Shown here in pieces: positions 17,409 through 27,765 of a stretch of DNA of 64,000 nucleotides (positions within the stretch are counted from its first letter, which is position 1; each line of letters opens with the position of its first letter). The DNA comes from Clostridia bacterium. Its GTDB lineage: Bacteria; Bacillota; Clostridia; UMGS1840. Made by a program: the position numbers and the translations under genes. The stretch spans positions 5,080-69,079 of the forward strand of contig JAFUIN010000023.1 of NCBI GenBank assembly GCA_017468465.1. The letters are read 5' to 3'. Under the pieces are notes generated by a model, which saw only the letters and a program-made list of their open reading frames with translations, made no database searches and was not told the DNA's origin.

Positions 17409-20405
17409 TTATACAATCGTGCAATCCCAAACATCAATGCTGCTGTCACCAAATACTGATTTTAGTTGCTTGCGAACTTCATCTTTTGTCACATTTTCTT
17501 TCAAAATTGCCTGTAAGAATCCGCCACCGCCGGCACCGCAAACCAATTTTCCGTCAATAAAAGGTTCTAAAGAAGCAAAAATCTGGTCAATTAAGGTATT
17601 GGTAATGCCTTTATCAATTTGCTGCGACAATTCCCAATGGGTATTCATCAGCTTTGCAAATGCATCAATTCTGCCTCGTTGCAGCTCAAACTTCATCAAG
17701 GTTGCAATCCGCTGAATTTCATCCAGCGCATCAACAACCTCTTTTTGATTGCCGATATAGCTTCCAATCACATCCCGTAGCAGATTTCTTGCCAACCGAC
17801 GCTGTCCGGTATAAATCAACACAAACCGACGATTCAGCTCTTCACGGACTTCTTCTGCTATGGAGACATATTCAATCTGTAAGGTTTGGTCCATACCCGG
17901 ACGGGTGGTAATATATTTCAAACCGTCAGTCATACCGCCGACCTGGTCCTGCCAGCCACCGCCGGTAGACATAATCTGCTCTACGCACAGCACCTGACGG
18001 CATAATTTTTCTTCGGTATATGAAATTCCAAAAAATTCTGAAATAGCTTTCACACAAGCAGCAGACAGAATGGAGCTGGTCCCCAACCCGCTTCCTTTCG
18101 GAACGCCGGTCACTTCAGAATTCATCACGAAACCACCGCCCATACGCTCCAGAATTTCAGCAAGATTGCCACCCTCACGGGGTAAAATTCCGCAAGCAAG
18201 CAGCGCCGCCTTTTGCAAAGCAAAGGGGTCATAAGGATTTCCGGTCTGTTGTAAGGGCTCAATGGTATCAAATTCACCATATACATCCATGTCCCGACTT
18301 TCAAAAACGATTTTTCGTTCGGGAATACGTTTTAGGGTCACTTCCACCGGCTTTTCTCCATTTAAGAGAATTGCCGCATTGAGCACTGTTCCTCCCTGTT
18401 CCATACAGTACGGAGGTGTATCGCTCCAACCGCCGCCAAAGTTCACACGCAAGGGCAGTTTCACCGTGTGTTTATCGGTTACAATTTTACATTGCGCGTG
18501 ATATTCCATACAGCTGCTACTGTTTTCCAGAATCGCCTGACGGATACAACCAAAACACTTGGTATAATAATCGTCTCCGTACACTTCTCCCAACGCTCTG
18601 CCGATATAATAATAGATACGAATTTTTTGAGAAAAATCAGCATTTTTCATGTAGGATTCCAGCCATTGCTTTTGAACATCGGTTAATGTGGTGACAGAAA
18701 GCTTTTGACAAACCTCGTCCACCGGTATTCCCTGTTCAATAGCTTTGGCGATGCCATCCATTGTTCTTAACTCATGCAAACGATTGCTCCAAAGAATAAT
18801 CGCTTTGGAATCTGCATCAAAAAAACCTGATGACAAGCTTTTTCTGTTAGCATTTTTCCAGAAATCTATGTTTCCTTTTCCCTGAAACAGTGCATACACA
18901 TTCAGCGCCTGAGAAACTGCCTCCTCCATGGAATCGCACACCGGATACAATTCGGCATTCCAAAGAGTGTGGTCATTTGTTTGCCACAATTCATCTACAG
19001 AAATCTGATTTCTTGTTAAAAAGGAAGAAAGCTCTTCGCCACAGAAAACCGCTCCATCTTCTAATGCAAGCTTTGGATTATCCAGAACACCGTAAATTCT
19101 GACTACATATTTTCCGTCACGCTGCTTCAATCCATGCAGTACCACATTGGAAGGTACACTGACTTTGGAAATTTCCACACCGGACAACAAAACGTTGTCT
19201 CCCACCACAGCATCCCGATGTACGAAGCTGTCTTCAAAATAACAATTACTTCCCACACTTGCCTCGTGAGAAACCACACTGTTATATCCGGCAGCATCGT
19301 GGGTAATACTGCTGTTTACTGTACGGCTCCAGCCTAAATTTGTATAATTTTCAATTTCTTTGGACATCAGCTCCATAATTTCTGAAGTGGTTCCAAAATG
19401 AATGAACTTGGTTGGTGCAAATCGAAGCAATTTCATACGGTAAGGTCTTAAGACTTCCCACACCTGCTTTCTTGCCAAGGTTAATTCATCACAAAATTCA
19501 CCTTCCGGTTTTTCTTTATAAAACGCTTCCAGCGATGAGGTTTCTGCCAATGGATACAAAAAATCCCCATACAGCGAAAGCCGTACTGTATCGTTAACCA
19601 ATTTGTTATATTTATCACAATCAAATATGCCGTTTGTGGAAATCAGTGCATAAAGGGAGGCAATCATATCAGCAGAAAAAATCACAGCTCCGGTGTCAAT
19701 ATCCACACAGCCATTTTCATTGACAGCTCCATTTTGCGTCAACTGTTCCACACTTTGTTTATGTAAGAAGGCTTCCACATTTCCGCTTTCGCCCTGCAAA
19801 AATACACCGTGATTTTTGCCGGTTTCCACAGGTTCTTTGAAAGAAATTGCAGCAGCTCCGTGACCGGAATAATCAATCTGCAAGGGATTAAACAGCAAAA
19901 GAACATCACCCGATGCCAAAACCATACCTTCACGGATTCGGCTGGGAACCGATGCCATTACAATCATAAATTCATCAAACAACGTAGATGCCATTCCGTT
20001 AGGAAGCTGATGCGGAACAGGTGAAAAAAGTTTGCCCAAAGCAGAATATTGGGGCACCCGTTTGCTGTCTCCGCCGGAATGAATCACCAGAATGCGCAAC
20101 TGTGAAAAATCCGCACATCCTCTATGCTCCGCAATATAGCGAATGACTCCCAATGTTGCGCCACCGCTGCCAACACGTTTGCCTTCAGGATCCGGAACAA
20201 CTGCAAAATGGGTATCTTTTGGCAAAAAGCCTTTGTCTTCACGAACCTTTAACTGTGCTCGATAACCTTCTGCCTGCAGCTCATTGGAGGCGGTGAGAAT
20301 CACATAATCCCAATATGCACCACCGGACTGTTTCAAGCTGCGATGATATTCCTCCCAGGCATCGCTATATGATTGTGCGAGAAAAAGAGACGTTAACTGT
20401 TTCAT
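17409..20405 (-). CDS. fkp: Bifunctional L-fucokinase / GDP-L-fucose pyrophosphorylase
   Basis: N-terminal DPEGKRVGSGGAT, IHSGGDSKRVP..SALGKLF, HFGTT; C-terminal GHMP kinase PLRVNFGGGWSDTPPY, PKGSGLGTSSIL, TGGGWQDQVGG, GAGGGGF. Confidence 0.9.
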   Translation of the reverse strand: MKQLTSLFLAQSYSDAWEEYHRSLKQSGGAYWDYVILTASNELQAEGYRAQLKVREDKGFLPKDTHFAVVPDPEGKRVGSGGATLGVIRYIAEHRGCADFSQLRILVIHSGGDSKRVPQYSALGKLFSPVPHQLPNGMASTLFDEFMIVMASVPSRIREGMVLASGDVLLLFNPLQIDYSGHGAAAISFKEPVETGKNHGVFLQGESGNVEAFLHKQSVEQLTQNGAVNENGCVDIDTGAVIFSADMIASLYALISTNGIFDCDKYNKLVNDTVRLSLYGDFLYPLAETSSLEAFYKEKPEGEFCDELTLARKQVWEVLRPYRMKLLRFAPTKFIHFGTTSEIMELMSKEIENYTNLGWSRTVNSSITHDAAGYNSVVSHEASVGSNCYFEDSFVHRDAVVGDNVLLSGVEISKVSVPSNVVLHGLKQRDGKYVVRIYGVLDNPKLALEDGAVFCGEELSSFLTRNQISVDELWQTNDHTLWNAELYPVCDSMEEAVSQALNVYALFQGKGNIDFWKNANRKSLSSGFFDADSKAIILWSNRLHELRTMDGIAKAIEQGIPVDEVCQKLSVTTLTDVQKQWLESYMKNADFSQKIRIYYYIGRALGEVYGDDYYTKCFGCIRQAILENSSSCMEYHAQCKIVTDKHTVKLPLRVNFGGGWSDTPPYCMEQGGTVLNAAILLNGEKPVEVTLKRIPERKIVFESRDMDVYGEFDTIEPLQQTGNPYDPFALQKAALLACGILPREGGNLAEILERMGGGFVMNSEVTGVPKGSGLGTSSILSAACVKAISEFFGISYTEEKLCRQVLCVEQIMSTGGGWQDQVGGMTDGLKYITTRPGMDQTLQIEYVSIAEEVREELNRRFVLIYTGQRRLARNLLRDVIGSYIGNQKEVVDALDEIQRIATLMKFELQRGRIDAFAKLMNTHWELSQQIDKGITNTLIDQIFASLEPFIDGKLVCGAGGGGFLQAILKENVTKDEVRKQLKSVFGDSSIDVWDCTIV

Positions 20406-20424
20406 CACTTTACTCCTTCAGATT

Positions 20425-21039
20425 TCATTTGGTTTGGGGTTCCACACCGGGCACTGTGCCGATTTTTTTTGCAGGATTTCCTGCCCAGATTTCTCCGTCC
20501 GGAATCGGTTTTGTAACAACTGAACCGGCACCCACAATGCTGTATTTGCCGACAGTGACACCTTTTAAGATGTAGCTTCCGGCTCCGATAAAGGCATAAT
20601 CTTCAATGACAATAGGGTTGGTAATCACCGCCGGAATTTCTGGTTTCTGCGTTCTCTCAAATGGATTGAGAGAATGAAAATTGGTATCGTAGATTTTAAC
20701 ACCGGCACCAATACGAACAAAATTACCAATGGAAACACAGTTGGCACAGGTGATGGCGCAATTCGACATTCCCACATCGTTTCCAATGGTAAGGTTAGCA
20801 TTTTTTAACACTTGAATATAGGTTTTTTCTCCACCGCCAATGGGATTGGCTTTCCCTTTGGAATTGATGCGGACACGATCTCCTATGGTAATAGTCCCTT
20901 TATTTTTTATATATAAAATTCCTTTTGTTTCGTGCTGTTTTCCAACCTGAACATGTTTCAGAGCATACCACATCCGATTTATAAGGTTGGAAGGAAGATA
21001 ATAGAAAAAGCGAAGAACTTTTTTTATCGTACCTTTCAT
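20425..21039 (-). CDS. Hexapeptide-repeat O-acyltransferase (WcaF/LacA-like)
   Basis: IYDTNFH, ILKGVTVG..SIVGAGSVVTK.IP..EIWAGNPAK; ATGA overlap with the upstream glycosyltransferase. Confidence 0.88.
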   Translation of the reverse strand: MKGTIKKVLRFFYYLPSNLINRMWYALKHVQVGKQHETKGILYIKNKGTITIGDRVRINSKGKANPIGGGEKTYIQVLKNANLTIGNDVGMSNCAITCANCVSIGNFVRIGAGVKIYDTNFHSLNPFERTQKPEIPAVITNPIVIEDYAFIGAGSYILKGVTVGKYSIVGAGSVVTKPIPDGEIWAGNPAKKIGTVPGVEPQTK

Positions 21040-22211
21040 TTTGTACTCTCCATAAATTCTTTTAATCGTTCCGCCCATTTGGAATAATCAAACTGATTGC
21101 AAACAGTATTTCGTGCTTCCACGCACATTGTTTGCCGTTCTTCAACACTCATCGCAAGCACTCGTCTGATAGCTTCTGCACAAGCCTCTGGAGTGTTTTC
21201 ATCAAACAAAACCGCATCTTTCCCATCGGTTAAATAGCGGTAATAGTCCCCTACCCGATTTCCAATGGGAACAATGCCATATGCCATCAATTCCGGCAAT
21301 TTACTGGGGAAGTTTGCACGGGTCACCAGGTTATCCGGACGAGACATATAAAGATAATCCACCCTTTGATACAAATTGATCAGCTCGTCATATTCCATCC
21401 AGCCGTGAAACAAAACAGTGTCTCCAAGCTGGTCTAACACAGTTTGTTCATCGGCTAAAAAAGCACGCAGTTTTTCCTCTTTTACCCCGGTCATATGAAA
21501 ACGGACGTGTTGCTTTTCATCTTCGGTCAGTTTTGCCAATCCTTTCAACATCACACCAATGTCATCCTTATACATGGGATTGCCCGGATAAATCAAATGA
21601 ACAATATCTGTATTTTCTTTTTTAGAAGGATCAAAGGGGATGCCGGCTGCATCAATAATCACAGGAAACACTTTGGTATTGCATTTTTTGCTGCGGTAAT
21701 ATTCTGCAATACAGTCTGAAATGGAAACAATTCCATCGCACAAAGGTGCCCATTTTGCAAAGGTTTTATTAGCAGAACGGTAACGAATATCCTTTTCCCC
21801 TTTCGGATACTGAAAAGGCTGATGCCATTCCACCACATCTATCACTGTTTTAATATTTCGTTTTTTACAAAATTTCAAAATTGGTGCAATATATAAGCTG
21901 TTGGAGCCATACAGATAGACAATATCTCCTTGTTTTACGCCACATTTTTTCAAGAGAGAAACCATCAGATAGCCACTCAGGAGCTTTTCTTTTCTTGCAT
22001 CTTTCAATTCCAAATTGCGATAAGGCAAGCCGGCATGATAGTAATATCCATTTTCCGATTTTGCATTCTTCGGTGTTTGTCCGCAAGACAGCACAATCAC
22101 CTCATAAGAAGCTTGCTTAAGTGCCTGTGCAATATATTGAATTCGGTTTGCACCTGCATCTCCATGAGGAAAATGCGCACTGGCACAAACATATATTTTC
22201 TTATCCGACAT
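21036..22211 (-). CDS. Glycosyltransferase family 4
   Basis: GT-B C-terminal motif NFPSKLPELMAYG.VPI...VGD; N-terminal FP.G.AGANR. Confidence 0.85.
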   Translation of the reverse strand: MSDKKIYVCASAHFPHGDAGANRIQYIAQALKQASYEVIVLSCGQTPKNAKSENGYYYHAGLPYRNLELKDARKEKLLSGYLMVSLLKKCGVKQGDIVYLYGSNSLYIAPILKFCKKRNIKTVIDVVEWHQPFQYPKGEKDIRYRSANKTFAKWAPLCDGIVSISDCIAEYYRSKKCNTKVFPVIIDAAGIPFDPSKKENTDIVHLIYPGNPMYKDDIGVMLKGLAKLTEDEKQHVRFHMTGVKEEKLRAFLADEQTVLDQLGDTVLFHGWMEYDELINLYQRVDYLYMSRPDNLVTRANFPSKLPELMAYGIVPIGNRVGDYYRYLTDGKDAVLFDENTPEACAEAIRRVLAMSVEERQTMCVEARNTVCNQFDYSKWAERLKEFMESTK

Positions 22212-22268
22212 AACTGTAAAGCTCCTTTTGATATTTTATATCAATCTATCTATAGAACCGCTATATAC

Positions 22269-22297
22269 AGTATAGCATCAAAACAATCATTTGTCAA
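22269..22297 (-). promoter_or_regulatory. Sigma-A promoter for the GT4-acyltransferase-fkp operon
   Basis: TTGACA-17 bp-TATACT with TG extension. Confidence 0.75.
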
Positions 22298-22328
22298 CAA
22301 TTACGTCATTTGCCACCATATTTGCACA

Positions 22329-22366
22329 AAAAAAATTGCTTACCGAAAACGGTAAGCAATTTTTAT
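22329..22366 (-). terminator. Intrinsic terminator after secF
   Basis: AAAAATTGCTTACCG-AAAA-CGGTAAGCAATTTTT perfect stem. Confidence 0.85.
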
Positions 22367-22372
22367 AGGTTC

Positions 22373-23266
22373 TTATTTGCCCATTGCTTTCTTTCTGCTG
22401 TTTAAGCCTGCAGTTTTCATAGTTGCCCACAACGGAGAAACAATGAAGACAGAGGAATATGCACCGCCGATAATACCAATGATTAAGGGGAATGCAAATT
22501 CTCTGATAGAATCTACGCCCAGCACATACAACACAGCAACCATTACAAAGGTAGTGATAGTGGTGTTGATGGAACGACCTAATGTCTGGGTGATAGACTT
22601 ATCGGTAATTTCAGCAAAGGTTTCTTTTTTCGCCAATCTCTGATTTTCTCTGATTCGGTCGAAAATAACAATGGTGTTATTGATAGAGTAACCCAGGATG
22701 GTCAGCACAACAGCGATAAAAGAAGAGTTCACGGGAACGCGGAAAATTGCATATACGGAAATCATAATCAGAACGTCATGAATCAGTGCAATAATTGCGC
22801 TTAAACCGGATAAAAATTCAAAACGGATGGTGATATAGATGAGCATTAAGATAACTGCAATCAACACTGCCCACAATGCTTCGCCTGCCAACTGTTTGCC
22901 GTATGCAGGAGTGAAGGTGGAAATGGAATAATCGCTGTAATCTTCTGCCAAATTGTATTTGGTTTTTAATGCGCCAATCAGCTTGTCAGACTCAGCTTCA
23001 GTTAAGTTTTTGGTTTTAATGGTCATTTCGTTGGGATTATCCAGACTGGGCTGTACTGCAGAAACGCTGAAGCCCAATGCTTCGTTACAAACAGAAGCCA
23101 CTTCGTCTTTGGAAACTTCCTGACCTAAGTTCATCATAATGCTGGTACCGCCGGCAAAGTCAATATCAATATTGAAGCCGCCAACCAAAGAGAATACCAA
23201 CCCTACTAAAATGATTGCAACAGAAACAGCAACATAAATCCATCTGTTTTTGTAAATATTAAGCAT
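22373..23266 (-). CDS. secF: Protein translocase subunit SecF
   Basis: IDFAGGT, YITIRFE, HDVLI, GYSINNTIVIFDRIREN, TLGRSINTT. Confidence 0.96.
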   Translation of the reverse strand: MLNIYKNRWIYVAVSVAIILVGLVFSLVGGFNIDIDFAGGTSIMMNLGQEVSKDEVASVCNEALGFSVSAVQPSLDNPNEMTIKTKNLTEAESDKLIGALKTKYNLAEDYSDYSISTFTPAYGKQLAGEALWAVLIAVILMLIYITIRFEFLSGLSAIIALIHDVLIMISVYAIFRVPVNSSFIAVVLTILGYSINNTIVIFDRIRENQRLAKKETFAEITDKSITQTLGRSINTTITTFVMVAVLYVLGVDSIREFAFPLIIGIIGGAYSSVFIVSPLWATMKTAGLNSRKKAMGK

Positions 23267-24572
23267 TGTTGTTTCCTCCTTTCAGCGGTGCGCCGTATAA
23301 GAATCTGTTTTTGATGTTGATGTCAACCGTTGCTTTCAAGAGGAACTTGGTTACAACGATTGCAGTGAACATAGAAACGATAATACCAACACCTAAAGTA
23401 ATGGCAAAGCCTTTAATCGGACCGGAGCCTAAGAAATAAAGAACACCGGCTGCGATGATGGTGGTAACGTTAGAGTCGATGATGGAAATCAGGGCTCTGT
23501 TGAAACCAGCATCCAGAGAAGCTTTTAAGGTTTTACCCAGTTTGAATTCTTCTTTCATTCTTTCAAAAATGATAACGTTGGCGTCAACTGCCATACCGAT
23601 GGAGAGGATAACCCCTGCGATACCGGGTAAGGACAGGTTGATTCTAAAGCCAGCATAAATCAGGCAACACAGTGCTACATAGAACACCAATGCAATAGAA
23701 GCTACCAAGCCCGGCAGTCTGTAAAGCGCAATCATAAATACAAAGATAATGATTAAGCCGATTAAAGCAGCCAATAAGCTGGTCTGTAATGCAGAATCAC
23801 CCAGGGTAGGACCTGCGGTTCTCTGCTGAACAACTGCCAGATTGAAAGGAAGCTGACCGTCATTGATTAACGCTGCCAGTTCTTCTGCAGATGCTTTATC
23901 AAAGTCACCTTCGATCTGGAACTGTGTGCTTTCAATTCTTTCTTTTACATTGGGAGCAGAAATTACATCTTCGTCTAACATAATTGCAATCTGCTTGCCA
24001 GCATACTGGCTGGTTGCATCTGCAAAACGTTTGGAAGCATCTTCTGTAACTTCGATTGCAACAACGTGCTGCGCACCGGAAGTGTTGGTTGCCTGCAGAT
24101 AAATGCCTTCTGCAGATTTGATATCGTCACCGGACATGATTTCTTCGCCGAATGTATTGGTTGCAGAATCATAACCGTAGAATGCTAATTTTGCAGTCTG
24201 ACCGATTTCCTGAATTGCTTTTGCTGTATCTTTTACAGAGGGCAATTCCACTTCTAACTGGTTACCTTTTACGGTAACAGTACCTTCGGTATAACCCTGT
24301 CTGTCCAGACGTGCGGTAATAATTTTTCTCGCAACTTCCATCTGGGATTCTTCGGGGTCAATTGCAACAACAGAACCGTCTTCTGCTGTCTGGGATGCCT
24401 GATACACGATTACGGAACCGCCTGCCAGGTCAAACCCTTTTCTGATACCATGTTCTTCGTCAAAAACAGGGTAAGTCTTGAATGAGCCGATTGTCACTCC
24501 AAAGGCTGCTGTGTAACAAAGTACAAAAACAACCAGAAGGGCAATCACAATTTTGCCAATACCTTTAGCCAT
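23259..24572 (-). CDS. secD: Protein translocase subunit SecD
   Basis: GFDLAGG, GPTLG, LPGIAGVILSIGMAVDANVIIFER, DSNVTT, GPIKGFA. Confidence 0.96.
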   Translation of the reverse strand: MAKGIGKIVIALLVVFVLCYTAAFGVTIGSFKTYPVFDEEHGIRKGFDLAGGSVIVYQASQTAEDGSVVAIDPEESQMEVARKIITARLDRQGYTEGTVTVKGNQLEVELPSVKDTAKAIQEIGQTAKLAFYGYDSATNTFGEEIMSGDDIKSAEGIYLQATNTSGAQHVVAIEVTEDASKRFADATSQYAGKQIAIMLDEDVISAPNVKERIESTQFQIEGDFDKASAEELAALINDGQLPFNLAVVQQRTAGPTLGDSALQTSLLAALIGLIIIFVFMIALYRLPGLVASIALVFYVALCCLIYAGFRINLSLPGIAGVILSIGMAVDANVIIFERMKEEFKLGKTLKASLDAGFNRALISIIDSNVTTIIAAGVLYFLGSGPIKGFAITLGVGIIVSMFTAIVVTKFLLKATVDINIKNRFLYGAPLKGGNNNA

Positions 24573-24629
24573 GTTTTCCTCCTGTGTGCCGATAACGACA
24601 CTATTTGAAATAATTTTATAACTTAATAT

Positions 24630-24658
24630 AGTATACTATTTTTTTCAGGATTAGTCAA
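24630..24658 (-). promoter_or_regulatory. Sigma-A promoter for secDF
   Basis: TTGACT-17 bp-TATACT. Confidence 0.7.
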
Positions 24659-24720
24659 GCAAATTCTGAAAAATACGAAAAATTTGTTCTTTTTTGCCGG
24701 AATTTTGTTGTTTTTTATCC

Positions 24721-25065
24721 TTAACCTGCCGGCCAGGTCAATTCGCGACCGCCAAGCAAATGAAAATGAATGTGAAACACCGTCTGTCCTGCTGCCTGAT
24801 TGCAGTTGGAAACCACACGATAGCCGTCCTCGGAAATTCCGTTTTCTTTTGCAATTTTAGGAATTGCTTCATAAATCTTGGAAATTACAGAGGAGTTTTC
24901 CTCTGTAATTTCGTTCAATGTGGAAATATGTTTTTTAGGAATCACCAAAATGTGCACCGGTGCGGTGGGAGCGATATCCCAAAAGGCATATACGTAGTCA
25001 TCTTCATATGCTTTTTTAGAAGGGATTTCCCCTTTTATGATTTTACAGAATAAACAATCTTCCAT
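24721..25065 (-). CDS. HIT family nucleotide-binding protein
   Basis: DCLFCKII.GEIP, P.APVHILVIPKKH, GQTVFHIHFHLLGGR. Confidence 0.95.
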   Translation of the reverse strand: MEDCLFCKIIKGEIPSKKAYEDDYVYAFWDIAPTAPVHILVIPKKHISTLNEITEENSSVISKIYEAIPKIAKENGISEDGYRVVSNCNQAAGQTVFHIHFHLLGGRELTWPAG

Positions 25066-25075
25066 AAAAACCTCC

Positions 25076-27721
25076 TTACAACTGACCCTTCAAAACTTCT
25101 TCTGCCAAAGACAATGCTTCGGAAATTTTAGAAGCGTCCTTACCGCCACCTTGTGCCATGTCGGGCTTACCGCCGCCGGAGCCACCTGCTGCCTTGGTTA
25201 CTTCGCGGATGATATTTCCTGCATGTGCCCCTTTTGCAACGGCTGCTTTATTGGCACTTGCCAGGAAAGTAATTTTGCCGTCTGCTACGCTGGACAGCAC
25301 AATCACAACCGGAGCATCAGCAAATTTATTTTTAATTTCATCGCACAAATTACGGAGCATTTCTACAGATGCTCCTTCTTGTTGTGCCACAATCAGAGAA
25401 ACGCCGGAAATATCCTTTTTGGAATTTAAGATTTCGTCAGCTTCCCCTTTGGAGAGCTTCGCTCTTAATTCCTCAATCTGCTGCTTTTGCGCTTTCAGTT
25501 CGTCCATAAACTGAGCTGCTTTGACAGTCAAATCGGAAATATTGTTTACTTTGAAGATTTTTGCGGTGTCAAACAACATTTCTTCCCGTTTTTTCATAAA
25601 TTCAATGTAATTGCTGCCGGTTACTGCTTCAATTCTTCTGACTCCGGCTGCAACACCGCTTTCGGATACAATTTTGAACAAGCCTGCCTGTGCTGTGTTG
25701 GTAAGGTGTGTACCACCGCAAAATTCCATGGAATAGTCACCCATGGTAACAACACGGACATTTTCGCCGTATTTTTCGCCAAAGAGTGCCATTGCACCTA
25801 ATTTCTTTGCTTCACCAATGGGCATTACTTTGCAGGAAATATCCATTGCAGATAAAATTGCATTGTTTACCAAGTTTTCAGTTTCTTTCAGTTCGTCAGC
25901 AGTCATTGCTTCAAAATGAGAGAAGTCAAAACGCAACCGTTCGGGAGTCACATAAGAACCTGCCTGATTGACATGGTCACCCAACACAGTTTTCAATGCT
26001 TTTTGCAAAAGATGTGTGGTAGAATGGTTTCGTGCTGTTGCCAGTCTTTTTTCTTTGTTGACCGATAAGGTAACTTTGACATCCTTTTCCAGAGCACCGG
26101 TTTCTACCGTAACCATATGACCGAATTTTCCGTCAGAATATTTTTTGGTGTCGGTAACTACCGCTTTCACACCGCTTGCTAACATCAAGCCGGTGTCTCC
26201 TGCCTGTCCACCGCTTTCACCGTAAAATACAGTCGTGTCGGTGAAAACAGTGCCGCTTTCGCCTGCTCCTAATGCATCTACCATAGCACCGTCTTTTAAG
26301 ATTGCTGTAACAGTTGCTTCGGTTTCCAACATATCGTAACCGGTAAATTCACAGAAAGGCAAATCTTTAATCAATTTTGCAACTTCGTTTTCCCAACCTA
26401 ATGTAGAGGTATCCCCACGGGCATTTCTTGCTTTTTCTCTCTGTTCATTCATACAAGCATGATACTTGTCTTCATCCAGAGTGAAGCCGTTTTCTTCTAC
26501 CATTTCTTTGGTTAAATCCAAGGGGAATCCATAAGTGTCATACAGCTTGAATGCAACTTCACCGTCAAACACGGTTTCGCCTTTTTTCTTCATATCGGCA
26601 ATAAAGTCACCAAGCATCAAAAGGCCTGCATCAATGGTTTTATAGAATTTTTCTTCTTCGGTAGAGATGATTTTCTTAATATAGTCCTGTTTTTCCCACA
26701 GTTCCGGATAAGCATCTTTGGACTGATCGATTACTACATCGGCAAGCTCGGTTAAGAACATTTTGTCAATGCCCAACAGCTTTCCGTGACGTGCCGCACG
26801 CCGCAGTAATCTACGCAGTACATAACCTCTGCCTTCGTTGGAGGGAATAACTCCGTCAGACACTAAAAATACAGTGGAACGGATATGGTCGGTTACCACA
26901 CGAATAGAAACATCGGTTTCATGTTCTGCACCATAGGTTTTACCTGACATTGTGCAGACAGTATCCAGCACCCGTTTTACTGTGTCAACTTCAAACAGAG
27001 AGCCTACTCCCTGCATAATTGCCGCAATACGTTCCAGCCCCATACCGGTGTCGATATTGGGATGCGCCAGACGATTGTAGTTGCCGTCTTTATCTTTATC
27101 GAACTGAGTAAATACCAAATTCCAGAATTCTACAAAACGGTCACAGTCGCAACCTACTGCACAGTCAGGGCTTCCGCATCCGTTTTCTACACCGCGGTCA
27201 AAATAAATTTCAGAGCAAGGACCGCAGGGACCGGTTCCGATTTCCCAGAAGTTGTCCTCTTTGCCAAGACGAACCATTCTGTCGGGAGAAACTCCCACTT
27301 TTTTGGTCCAGATATCATAGGCTTCGTCGTCGTCCTGATAAACGCTGACCCAAAGTCTGTCTACCGGAAGCTTCATACGTTCGGTAATAAATTCCCACGC
27401 CCAGCCGGTTACTTCATTTTTGAAATAGTCACCGAAAGAAAAATTCCCAAGCATTTCAAAGAAGGTACCGTGACGAGCGGTTTTCCCTACTCTTTCAATA
27501 TCAGGAGTTCTGATACATTTCTGGCAGGTAGTAACACGCTTGGACGGAGGAGTTTCTTCTCCGGTAAAATATTTTTTCAAGGGTGCCATACCGGCATTGA
27601 TTAACAACAGTGAATTATCGTTAATCGGCACCAACGGGAATGATTGCATTCTCAAATGTGCTTTTTCCTGGAAGAATGATAAAAATTCTTCACGGATTTG
27701 ATTGAGTCCCATTTTTTCCAT
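25076..27721 (-). CDS. alaS: Alanine--tRNA ligase
   Basis: NAGMAPLK, HGTFFEMLGNFSFGDYFK, IDTGMGLER, PSNEGRGYVLRR, editing HSTTH/EFCGGTH, GGGKPDMAQGG; start MEKMGLN at 27721. Confidence 0.97.
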   Translation of the reverse strand: MEKMGLNQIREEFLSFFQEKAHLRMQSFPLVPINDNSLLLINAGMAPLKKYFTGEETPPSKRVTTCQKCIRTPDIERVGKTARHGTFFEMLGNFSFGDYFKNEVTGWAWEFITERMKLPVDRLWVSVYQDDDEAYDIWTKKVGVSPDRMVRLGKEDNFWEIGTGPCGPCSEIYFDRGVENGCGSPDCAVGCDCDRFVEFWNLVFTQFDKDKDGNYNRLAHPNIDTGMGLERIAAIMQGVGSLFEVDTVKRVLDTVCTMSGKTYGAEHETDVSIRVVTDHIRSTVFLVSDGVIPSNEGRGYVLRRLLRRAARHGKLLGIDKMFLTELADVVIDQSKDAYPELWEKQDYIKKIISTEEEKFYKTIDAGLLMLGDFIADMKKKGETVFDGEVAFKLYDTYGFPLDLTKEMVEENGFTLDEDKYHACMNEQREKARNARGDTSTLGWENEVAKLIKDLPFCEFTGYDMLETEATVTAILKDGAMVDALGAGESGTVFTDTTVFYGESGGQAGDTGLMLASGVKAVVTDTKKYSDGKFGHMVTVETGALEKDVKVTLSVNKEKRLATARNHSTTHLLQKALKTVLGDHVNQAGSYVTPERLRFDFSHFEAMTADELKETENLVNNAILSAMDISCKVMPIGEAKKLGAMALFGEKYGENVRVVTMGDYSMEFCGGTHLTNTAQAGLFKIVSESGVAAGVRRIEAVTGSNYIEFMKKREEMLFDTAKIFKVNNISDLTVKAAQFMDELKAQKQQIEELRAKLSKGEADEILNSKKDISGVSLIVAQQEGASVEMLRNLCDEIKNKFADAPVVIVLSSVADGKITFLASANKAAVAKGAHAGNIIREVTKAAGGSGGGKPDMAQGGGKDASKISEALSLAEEVLKGQL

Positions 27722-27765
27722 TTTGTTATATATCCTTTCCTTTTTAATACAAGCTGATAATCGGC

